DNA of 64,000 nt from Candidatus Poribacteria bacterium (GTDB taxonomy: Bacteria; Poribacteria; WGA-4E; WGA-3G): positions 319,837 through 383,836 of the forward strand of contig CBDAUI010000002.1 in NCBI GenBank assembly GCA_965200205.1, read 5' to 3'. This document shows positions 18,641-26,706 of this stretch, piece by piece. The notes beneath the pieces are model-generated. The model was not told where the DNA came from. It was given only the letters and a program-made list of their open reading frames with translations, and did not search any database. Both the position numbers and the translations under genes were made by a program. Positions within the stretch are counted from its first letter, which is position 1. Each line of letters starts with the position of its first letter.

Positions 18641-20527
18641 ATGCGAAACGTTAATGGAAAATGGAAGACATGGAGATCGGCTGCGAAAGAGAGTATCATC
18701 GCATACTTCCGGACTTTTGTGATTGTCTGGCGGAGTGGCGCGCTCTCACTTTTAGGGATGATGTTTTTCACACTCTCCCTCGGCGTTCTACCTGTAGGTG
18801 AGTTTTTCGTGACGGAATACCTGGTCAATGCAATCACCGCTGCTATAGGCGATGCTAACTGGTGGCAGCAGGTTGTTCCCTGGTTGCTTGGTCTGCTCGG
18901 TCTACACATCTATAGTACGCTTGCAGACCAATTGCGAGAACCCTTACGTCTCAACGTCCGAGAAAACATCGAAATTTGGATTAGTGAGGGTATCGCACGG
19001 AAATCCAATACAATAGAGTTGGTCGAGTTCCAAACGCCAGAATTCCAAAACGCGCTTGCCCGCGCGCGCACGATGTCCGGTGACGAACTTGAAGAAATTG
19101 TCTGGTGGATTGTTGACAGCATCCAACAATTAATCAGCGTCACCGCGCTCGGTATCGTGCTGTGGAGCCTCCATCCGTTATTAGCACTGTTGCCTATGGT
19201 GACCGGTATAGCGTCTTGGTGGAGTGGTTCACGCTTTGCCGTTGATGTTTACAGCCTTGATGTCGAACAGACCCCACAGCGACGGGAGCGAGATGCGTTA
19301 GAAGGTATTCTAACGGATCGCGGCGCAGGTAAGGAAATACGGTTATACCAAGCACAGGACCTCTGGATAAGACGCTGGCGGAAGTTATGGAGAGAACTTA
19401 TACAAGAACAACAGACAATTGAACGGCGTAAATTTTGGGCGCATCTTGCGATTGGTATCTCACGCGCCTTGTTGTACGCGTGTTCGCTTATACTTTTACT
19501 GCTTGCGGTCTTTCGTGGAGGACTTACTGTCGGTAGGTATATCGCTGCAATCAACGCCATCGTCAACTTAGATGGCATCTGGGACAGCGTCGCCGGTTAC
19601 TTCCTATTGATTGCGGACGATATGCGCCGTTTGTCAGGAGATTTGTATGCGTTTTTGGATCGTGATACCAAAATAGTAAGTAAAGTGCCTTCAACACCTC
19701 AGAAAACACCCAATCTGACAGCCTCACAAGAACCTTCACATCTTAACCAAGAACTCGACTCGGACAGTTTTTTGAAAGGCACGAGTTCTTGGTTAAAGGT
19801 AGAAGATGTTTCGTTTTTCTATCCAAATGCGCAAGAACCGGTGCTTCGTCAGGTAAATCTAACGTTGAATAAGGGGGAGCGAGTGGCACTCGTTGGACCC
19901 AACGGTGCGGGGAAATCTACATTGGCACGCCTGCTGCTTGGGCTTTACCGACCCCACACAGGCGTAATTCATGTCGGAGATATACCTTTAAACGAAGAAG
20001 AGCGTCAGCAGTGGCTAACACATTGTAGTGCGGTGTTTCAAGATTTCACGTGCTATCACTTGACGGCACGCGAGAATATTATCTTTGGAGACTTAGAACA
20101 TCCTGAACGTATGGAAACGGCATCAACCGCGGGTGGGGCAGCGTCGGTTATTAATGGGCTTGGCGCAGGTTACGAAACGATACTCGGTCCCACTTTTGGA
20201 GGACGCGATCTCTCTGGCGGCGAGTGGCAGCGCATCGCAACGGCGCGGGGTTTTATGCGCGAAACACCATGGTTGGTTGTCCTCGATGAACCGACTGCAG
20301 CACTCGACCCGTTAGCCGAACAAGCGATCTATGAACGATTTATTCGACGAAGCAGCGGACGCACATCACTTATAATTTCGCATCGTTTGTCTTCAGTCCG
20401 CACCTGTGATCGCATCCTTGTCCTTGATAACGGCACAATTGTTGAAGACGGGGACCATGAAACCTTATTGGCAAATGATGGACTCTATGCGCAGTTCTTC
20501 AGAGCACAAGCACAGTGGTATGTTTGA
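18641..20527 (+). CDS. ABC exporter, fused permease/ATP-binding half-transporter (2 of 2)
   Basis: Multi-TM N-terminal domain. Walker A GPNGAGKST, signature LSGGEWQRIATARGF, Walker B LVVLDEPTAALD, IISHRL. Confidence 0.9.
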   Translation: MRNVNGKWKTWRSAAKESIIAYFRTFVIVWRSGALSLLGMMFFTLSLGVLPVGEFFVTEYLVNAITAAIGDANWWQQVVPWLLGLLGLHIYSTLADQLREPLRLNVRENIEIWISEGIARKSNTIELVEFQTPEFQNALARARTMSGDELEEIVWWIVDSIQQLISVTALGIVLWSLHPLLALLPMVTGIASWWSGSRFAVDVYSLDVEQTPQRRERDALEGILTDRGAGKEIRLYQAQDLWIRRWRKLWRELIQEQQTIERRKFWAHLAIGISRALLYACSLILLLLAVFRGGLTVGRYIAAINAIVNLDGIWDSVAGYFLLIADDMRRLSGDLYAFLDRDTKIVSKVPSTPQKTPNLTASQEPSHLNQELDSDSFLKGTSSWLKVEDVSFFYPNAQEPVLRQVNLTLNKGERVALVGPNGAGKSTLARLLLGLYRPHTGVIHVGDIPLNEEERQQWLTHCSAVFQDFTCYHLTARENIIFGDLEHPERMETASTAGGAASVINGLGAGYETILGPTFGGRDLSGGEWQRIATARGFMRETPWLVVLDEPTAALDPLAEQAIYERFIRRSSGRTSLIISHRLSSVRTCDRILVLDNGTIVEDGDHETLLANDGLYAQFFRAQAQWYV

Positions 20528-20638
20528 GGATATTTTTTTTACAAAACTATCAAGACAATTTTATACCAAAACAACTTGTCCCTATTCATCCAACCTGATA
20601 CTTTAAACTCAACATGCATTGCAAGGAGGAGCGGAGAA

Positions 20639-21892
20639 TTGAAATTATACGAAGGATTTTCAACCGGACTTGCGGTTATTCTCCAAGAAAAATTGCGATC
20701 GGCACTCACAATGCTCGGTATCGTCATTGGTATCGCTGCTGTGCTGGCAATGCTCGCTATTGGTGATGGTGCGAAACGCATCGTCATGCAAGAGTTTGAA
20801 AAGTACGGCAGTCATTTTACGGTCTCTCGGAATCCCTGGATCTGGCGCGGCGACCGAGTTTTTCCAAACCGTAGCGGTGAACACCTGAAATACGAAGATG
20901 TTTTGGCGATTGAAGCCGAATGCCCTGCTGTTGAATCTGTGATACCAAGTATCGCTGATGAAGTGCTGGCGCAGTCTGAAGATGGCGCAACAAAATGGAC
21001 GGAGTATGATGGTGTCAATTCTTATTTTCCTATAGGAATGCAGTGGCAGATTCAACACGGACGTTTCTTTTCCGAGGGGGAATTCAATCATCGACGAAAA
21101 GTCTGTATACTCGGCACGGAGGTCGCAACAGAACTGTTTGGAAATCAGAACCCGATCGGCAAGGAAATTAAACTTTCACTACAAGGCGGAAGACCTGACC
21201 GTTTTATCGTCTTAGGCGTTATGGCGAAACGCGGCACAAGCCTTCAATACGGATTCAGTTGGGACGATATTGTGTTCATACCTTTGACAACCGCGCAAGA
21301 CAGATTTAAAGGGACACACCGTATCAATTATATTAGCGTCAGAGCAATAGATGCCGATTCCATCGAAAAAGCTGCTGAGGAAGTAAGAGCCGTTTTAAGA
21401 AAACGTCATCGGAATCAAGACAATTTTCTTGATATTAATTTTCATACCGCAGCTGTAAAGGAACTCAATAAAATCAGTCGCATTATTAAAATTATGCTGA
21501 GCAGTATTGCTGGATTTTCATTGTTTGTTGGAAGTATTGGCATTATGAACATGATGCTGGTTTCAGTGAACCAGCGTACACGAGAAATTGGTATCCGTCG
21601 CGCCATTGGAGCCAAACGACGTGATATTCTCTTACAGTTTCTGATTGAAGCGGCTGTGATGTGCGGTATCGGGGGTTTATTGGGTATTGGACTTGGCATC
21701 GGGATTGGATATGCCTGTTCAAACATCGCCGTCAAAATCGTTAAGGTTGTTCCGCAATGGCCAGTTGTTATCTCACCACAGTGGATGGCAGTTTCTGTTG
21801 GCATTTCCACTTGTATCGGTATCCTCTTCGGACTCTATCCAGCGGTAAGAGCGTCCCAAATTTCGCCAATTGAGGCATTGAGAACAGAATGA
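20639..21892 (+). CDS. MacB/FtsX-type ABC transporter permease (no cognate ATPase adjacent)
   Basis: LRSALTMLGIVIGIAAVLAMLAIGDG first TM helix, a large periplasmic domain, and a C-terminal FtsX-like bundle (REIGIRRAIGAKRRDILLQFLIEA...). Start placed at TTG 20639 (AGGAGG at 20624-20629); the ORF is open from TTG 20576. Confidence 0.8.
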   Translation: MKLYEGFSTGLAVILQEKLRSALTMLGIVIGIAAVLAMLAIGDGAKRIVMQEFEKYGSHFTVSRNPWIWRGDRVFPNRSGEHLKYEDVLAIEAECPAVESVIPSIADEVLAQSEDGATKWTEYDGVNSYFPIGMQWQIQHGRFFSEGEFNHRRKVCILGTEVATELFGNQNPIGKEIKLSLQGGRPDRFIVLGVMAKRGTSLQYGFSWDDIVFIPLTTAQDRFKGTHRINYISVRAIDADSIEKAAEEVRAVLRKRHRNQDNFLDINFHTAAVKELNKISRIIKIMLSSIAGFSLFVGSIGIMNMMLVSVNQRTREIGIRRAIGAKRRDILLQFLIEAAVMCGIGGLLGIGLGIGIGYACSNIAVKIVKVVPQWPVVISPQWMAVSVGISTCIGILFGLYPAVRASQISPIEALRTE

Positions 21893-22029
21893 TACCGAAG
21901 ACTTCATACCGTTTATTGAACGGAGTGCCGGACGTACCTCCCTCGGTGTTAATCTCACACCGTCTCTCCTCGGTGCACACTTGCGATTGAATCGTTGTAA
22001 TTGATAACGGAACGATTGTCAAGATTTGA
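21891..22029 (+). pseudogene. Relic of the 3' end of a third ABC exporter gene (frameshift plus in-frame stop)
   Basis: Reads DTEDFIPFIERSAGRTSL, then after a +1 shift SVLISHRLSSVHTCD*IVVIDNGTIVKI*. This is colinear with ERFIRRSSGRTSLIISHRLSSVRTCDRILVLDNGTIVEDG of 18641..20527. Confidence 0.6.
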
Positions 22030-22133
22030 AGATATTTTCTTTTTATACGATTTTTTGTGGAATTGTGTAAGTTTTTATTCTCAAGTCGCGTCACTATATA
22101 CCAAATAAGGCACTCTCTTTTTCGAGGCGTTTG

Positions 22134-23699
22134 ATGAGAAATAACAATGCTGAACTGATTCAACGTACCCTTGAAGGCGATGATGCTGCTTTTGCATGCT
22201 TGGTTAAGAAGTACCAGAAGCGGGTTCACGCACTTGCATGGCGGAAGATAGGGGATTTCCATATCGCTGAAGATATTACGCAGGAGACGTTTCTACAAGT
22301 CTATCGGAAATTAGCGACGCTGAAAGATCCGAATCAGTTTCCGGGGTGGCTTTATGTCATCGCCAATCGCCGCTGCCTCGCGTGGCTCCGAAAGAAACGG
22401 ATCCAGACGGAACAATTGGAGGAAGTGGATATAACAATGACTGAGAGTACTTCATACTCCAGACACGTCGCTGCAGAGCAGTCAGAAAATGCAACCGAAA
22501 CTAAACGTGAACTGGTTAAAAACTTATTGGCGAAGTTGAAGGAAAGCGATCGCACCGTTCTGACGCTCTACTACTTCGGTGAAATGACCTACGCGGAGAT
22601 AAGTGAGTTTTTAGGCGTATCCGTCAATACCGTCGCGACGCGTGTTCACCGTGCCCGAGAACGCTTAAAGCAGTACGAACCCCTGATTCAAGAGGCACTC
22701 GGCAGTTTCCAACTGTCTCCGACTTTAACAGAGAACATTATGCGCGAAATTCCGCGTATCAAACCCTTACCACCTACCGGCAGCAACCCACCGGTCATTC
22801 CATGGGCAATCGCGACTTCAACTGTTATTCTCGTTGTGATGATGCTCGGCATCAGCAACCAATACTTAGCACGTTTCCAGCAGCCCTACAGTTTTGATGC
22901 CACATCTGAAATGACAGTCGAGATTATTGACACCGCTATTGTCCTTGATATCACATCAAAGCCTGATGTGCGAAATCAGGTTGGGGCGGCTGCTATCGCT
23001 GGTGAAGGTGGTACTGACGGATCGCAGACTTCTAAGACGCTTTTGGGGACCGCTATAGAACAAAATTTCGCTTTTTTTCGAAGGCAAACGGATCCAATAA
23101 CAATCGGGAAGTCGATGACATGGGTGCATGGAGGCGATAAATGGGACCCCTCAATGGCAATAGTCCGGACAGAATTCAACGGTGGAATCACATACAGCTC
23201 AAAAGAATACGCCGGTCCCCAAACAATACCAGAACTGATGAACGTATTCGATGAAATTTACGACCTTAAGCACTCAGACACGACAGTGACTGTATTTTCA
23301 AGGGAAAGTATCGCTGAAATCAATCCGCACGAGGTGTGGGGGTTACACGCGTGGCAGGAATTGCTTTCAAAGAAAGGTATCTCCAGTCAATTCACGCTTA
23401 CAGAGATAGATGCACGATATCCCCGAAATACATGGCTTCAACGCCTTTTAGAGAGAAGCATCATTATAGAAAACCTCGCGGATTATTTTTTTATTATGGC
23501 ACACCGGTATCAGTTGGCATTTTTGGAGGACAATCCGTATCTCTGGGAAACCGAAATTCAGGATGTCTCATTGACAAAAGCATGGGAAGCCTATAAAACC
23601 GAGAGTGTGTCATTGACAAAGGCATGGGAAGCCTATAAAACCGTCTATATTGATGAGTTGATAAGATACTATACCGAGCGTCGGAAATCCAGAGATTAA
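22134..23699 (+). CDS. ECF sigma factor fused via one TM helix to an uncharacterised ~250-aa ectodomain
   Basis: Region 2 DFHIAEDITQETFLQVYRKL...GWLYVIANRR and region 4 LKESDRTVLTLYYFGEMTYAEISEFLGVSVNTVATRVHRARERL. TM helix VIPWAIATSTVILVVMMLGI. It has the shared juxtamembrane module but no Asp-boxes. ATG 22134 is preferred over TTG 22131. Confidence 0.85.
   Translation: MRNNNAELIQRTLEGDDAAFACLVKKYQKRVHALAWRKIGDFHIAEDITQETFLQVYRKLATLKDPNQFPGWLYVIANRRCLAWLRKKRIQTEQLEEVDITMTESTSYSRHVAAEQSENATETKRELVKNLLAKLKESDRTVLTLYYFGEMTYAEISEFLGVSVNTVATRVHRARERLKQYEPLIQEALGSFQLSPTLTENIMREIPRIKPLPPTGSNPPVIPWAIATSTVILVVMMLGISNQYLARFQQPYSFDATSEMTVEIIDTAIVLDITSKPDVRNQVGAAAIAGEGGTDGSQTSKTLLGTAIEQNFAFFRRQTDPITIGKSMTWVHGGDKWDPSMAIVRTEFNGGITYSSKEYAGPQTIPELMNVFDEIYDLKHSDTTVTVFSRESIAEINPHEVWGLHAWQELLSKKGISSQFTLTEIDARYPRNTWLQRLLERSIIIENLADYFFIMAHRYQLAFLEDNPYLWETEIQDVSLTKAWEAYKTESVSLTKAWEAYKTVYIDELIRYYTERRKSRD
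23565..23642 (+). repeat. In-frame 42-nt tandem duplication inside the sigma-fusion gene
   Basis: 36-nt cores at 23565-23600 and 23607-23642 differ at 2 positions. They encode VSLTKAWEAYKT twice. Confidence 0.85.
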
Positions 23700-23789
23700 T
23701 ATTCTGTCCAGTTTAAAGCCGTAGGTACGTCGAGTTGGTCTACCTTTACTCTCACGAACTTGTTGGGCTTCTCTTCGCTCAACCTGGGG

Positions 23790-23810
23790 AACACCGTTTT
23801 TGCTCGGGGT
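23790..23810. repeat. Dispersed element P3, inverted copy
   Basis: AACACCGTTTTTGCTCGGGGT is the reverse complement (one extra base) of ACCCCAGCAAAAACGGTGTT at 43697-43716. Confidence 0.6.
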
Positions 23811-23826
23811 ATTTGCTCGGGGTATT
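23801..23826. repeat. 13-nt tandem repeat x2 (TGCTCGGGGTATT)
   Basis: Read directly at 23801-23813 and 23814-23826. Confidence 0.85.
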
Positions 23827-23840
23827 TGATAGGGTATTCC

Positions 23841-23880
23841 TGCGGATTTCTGTGGATCTCTGCGGATTTCTGCGGATTTC
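23841..23880. repeat. 10-nt tandem repeat x4 (TGCGGATTTC; one variant TGTGGATCTC)
   Basis: Read directly; four contiguous units. Confidence 0.85.
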
Positions 23881-24010
23881 TTCTAAGCAAAAACACCTAC
23901 AAACCGTAATTTTGGTGTGGACATTCCACTATTTTCAACTTATATGAGGGAAAATAACGGAAATATTATTGTTTGACAAATGCTCTGGAAACAGAGGAAA
24001 GGATACACAA

Positions 24011-25327
24011 ATGAAAGCAGTCCTGACAGTGGCAATAGTGCTAAGTATTCTATTAACTTCTGCTTATGCAGATACACCCACAGAAAAGTCGAATGAAGAC
24101 TCTCCTACCAAACAAAACAAGAAAAACATAGAACTTTGCACGCAAAATTTAGTTACGATTGGCAAAGCACTTCAAACCTACCGAAAAGAGCACGGGAAAC
24201 TTCCACTGTGGCTTTCAACTATGCATGGTAAATACCTGGCGGACGAAAACAATCTTCTCTGTCCCGCAGATGAAAATGGTGGTAAGCCAAGTTATTACCG
24301 TAGGACTGATCCGGAATTGCCCGTAAGTTACGACTACGCACAGTTCGATGCCGGTTTTCAGGAATTGACAGCCGAGAAACACTATATTTATGGTGATGTC
24401 ATACCGATAGTCCGTTGCGGGCATCACGCGAATGAAGATTTTACGTGTTTAAACTTAAATCTCTCTGCTGACATTTATCGGTCAACCGCTGCTTGGGCAA
24501 TATACGAACCAGAGGCGATGTATGGAGGTTTTGAAAAAGCAATTGCGACGCTTGAAGTCAAACTGCAGAACACTCCAGATGATAAACGGATCTTCGAGTT
24601 GTATCCTGCACTCGTCCGTCTCTACGTCAAAACCGGGCAAGAACAAAAAGTCGATATTCTTATCAACAATTTCAAGGCAGTCATGGACTCCGAACACATT
24701 AAAGACAACTTCACCCTCGGTGATATGCTTGAGATGGTGGGTCGGCATAGGGATGCGCTTCAGGTCTATGAGGGATTGGAAAAACAGGGATCGAAAAACC
24801 GATATATTTTCCAGAAACTTGCCCAAGTTCATGAAAAACTCGGCAATGTAGAGATAGCGAAGGCGTATCACATCAAGTTTGATCCAGTGTTAGCGTTGAT
24901 AGGGAAATCTGTTCCTGATTTTTCTGCGACTGACTTTGATGGTAAACCGATCTCACTTCGCGATTACCGCGGAAAAGTCGTTTTGCTCGATTTTTGGGCA
25001 GTATGGTGTTCACCGTGTATTGACGAAATTCCAAATATCAAAAAGGTTTACGATACCTATAAGAATGCAGGATTTGAGGTCATCGGTATCAGCCTTGATC
25101 ATCATAAAGACAAAGTTCGGGATTATATCAAAGCGAATAACATTCGTTGGCGGCAGATTGTTAGTGGGAAAGGTTGGGACAGTCCAGTTTCACGACAGTA
25201 TAACATTCGTTCGATTCCGGCACCGTTGCTCATTGACCGCGAAGGCAGACTCATCTCACATAACGCAAGAGGGGCAGATTTGGAGAGACTCGTGGCGGAA
25301 GCGGTGCGGGATAAATCGACGGACTAA
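24011..25327 (+). CDS. Secreted TPR-like / TlpA-ResA family thiol:disulfide oxidoreductase
   Basis: Signal peptide MKAVLTVAIVLSILLTSAYA, a helical repeat middle, and a C-terminal thioredoxin fold with WCSPC (DFWAVWCSPCIDEIP). ATG 24011 (GGAAAGGA upstream) is preferred over TTG 23969. Confidence 0.8.
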   Translation: MKAVLTVAIVLSILLTSAYADTPTEKSNEDSPTKQNKKNIELCTQNLVTIGKALQTYRKEHGKLPLWLSTMHGKYLADENNLLCPADENGGKPSYYRRTDPELPVSYDYAQFDAGFQELTAEKHYIYGDVIPIVRCGHHANEDFTCLNLNLSADIYRSTAAWAIYEPEAMYGGFEKAIATLEVKLQNTPDDKRIFELYPALVRLYVKTGQEQKVDILINNFKAVMDSEHIKDNFTLGDMLEMVGRHRDALQVYEGLEKQGSKNRYIFQKLAQVHEKLGNVEIAKAYHIKFDPVLALIGKSVPDFSATDFDGKPISLRDYRGKVVLLDFWAVWCSPCIDEIPNIKKVYDTYKNAGFEVIGISLDHHKDKVRDYIKANNIRWRQIVSGKGWDSPVSRQYNIRSIPAPLLIDREGRLISHNARGADLERLVAEAVRDKSTD

Positions 25328-25378
25328 ACCTGAAAGGCACTACTAATAGGCGTTATCTTACAAGATAGATACCGTTCT

Positions 25379-26260
25379 CTACTCCGATTTAAGATTTTTC
25401 GCCAAGATTTCAATCAGTTCGGCTAAAGTCGGGAATTCGTCGCGCGCCTCTGGTGGGAGATCGGCGAGGTGTGTGTCGCCAACAAATCGGTATATATCTG
25501 CCGCGCCTGTTAAGATATTCGGTGTCAATCCGACGTGTTCAAAAGTCGCGGCGATCTCTTCCATCTCACCTATCCAACGTTTCGCCTTCGGTGGCATACC
25601 CGGCAGACCTCTCTCCATCCGCTCAAAAAGTGCCGATTGACTCAACTGAAACTCCGCAGTGAGTGCCTCCGAGACACCTAAAAGAGATGCAGCCGTAAGC
25701 AATTCCGTGCAGAGCGCGGTGAGTCCTTTTGTCAAAGACGCATAACACATCTTAATCGCAGAGGCGAGTCCTATCTCATCACCGAGCGTGCGGACATCTA
25801 AACCGTGGTTGTTGAGTTCGGAGAATGTTTCGAGGTTTGGTCCTGATGCATAGAAACGCGTCGCGCCCGGCGTGCGGGGTGGCGGACCGATGATGGATGC
25901 ATCGACGAAAGTGCCGCCTGCTGCGGTGATAATGCCCCCTAATTCTCGAACTGTCTGTGGTGCGATGGCGTTGCAGTCGGTGTATGTCAGCGTTGTGTCT
26001 GTCTGTTTTAGTGTTTCTGCGATGAGTTGTACAGCGGATTTCGCCTGCGCAGGCACCATGATTGAGAGGATAAGGTCGGCTTCCATAACAAATTGTGGGT
26101 ACGTGGGTACATCTTCAATACCTGCTTTCTCTGCAAGTTCACGCGTCCGTTGGCTTCTTCCTTGTAGGCAGGTTATAACGCGCAAACCGTTTTCACGAAG
26201 GACGTTCCCGACAGTGTGCCCCATATCACCGGGGCTTAAAATTCCGACTGTGTTGGGCAT
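25379..26260 (-). CDS. NAD(P)-dependent oxidoreductase, 6-phosphogluconate/3-hydroxyisobutyrate dehydrogenase-like
   Basis: N-terminal Rossmann segment VGILSPGDMGHTVG. Length and helical C-terminal domain fit this family. Confidence 0.65.
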   Translation of the reverse strand: MPNTVGILSPGDMGHTVGNVLRENGLRVITCLQGRSQRTRELAEKAGIEDVPTYPQFVMEADLILSIMVPAQAKSAVQLIAETLKQTDTTLTYTDCNAIAPQTVRELGGIITAAGGTFVDASIIGPPPRTPGATRFYASGPNLETFSELNNHGLDVRTLGDEIGLASAIKMCYASLTKGLTALCTELLTAASLLGVSEALTAEFQLSQSALFERMERGLPGMPPKAKRWIGEMEEIAATFEHVGLTPNILTGAADIYRFVGDTHLADLPPEARDEFPTLAELIEILAKNLKSE

Positions 26261-26369
26261 AATAGGGTGCGGCTCCTTTTTCGTTTTCGGTTACTATACG
26301 AAAGAAAGGTTCAGTTGTCAAGGTTAAGTTGATATTGATATTTTCAACGGTTTAAGGTATTCTATATTT

Positions 26370-26639
26370 ATGGCACTTTTCAAAAAACGCATACCGGAGG
26401 AACTTATGCGTGAATCTAAAACCTACCAATACCTATGTGAGAAAATTCTTAAAGAGACTACGATCGAAAACACTTTAGCTTTGTTGGCAGATCAATTTCA
26501 GGCAGAGGCTGTAAACGCTTTAACACCTGCGCTTCAGCGTGTCAACGATTTGCAAAAACTTAAGCAATTACATCTCGCAGCTGCGAAGGTCCCAAACATT
26601 GAGACGTTCGCGCAAATGCTAAATGAACGCAATAAGTAG
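26370..26639 (+). CDS. Small hypothetical protein (89 aa)
   Basis: ATG-initiated ORF in the intergenic space upstream of the methyltransferase. Helical, with no motif I can name confidently. Confidence 0.35.
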   Translation: MALFKKRIPEELMRESKTYQYLCEKILKETTIENTLALLADQFQAEAVNALTPALQRVNDLQKLKQLHLAAAKVPNIETFAQMLNERNK

Positions 26640-26706
26640 TTTTGGACTTGATGGATTGTGATATGTTGTATTAGATTATGGCAAACCGCGATAAGTGGAG
26701 TACACG

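Noticed and set aside
18492-18722. 76-aa ORF in the exporter spacer (contains LTEPQGII twice)
   Set aside because: The repeated peptide is just the translation of the 27-nt DNA repeat. The ORF runs across the RBS and start of 18641..20527.
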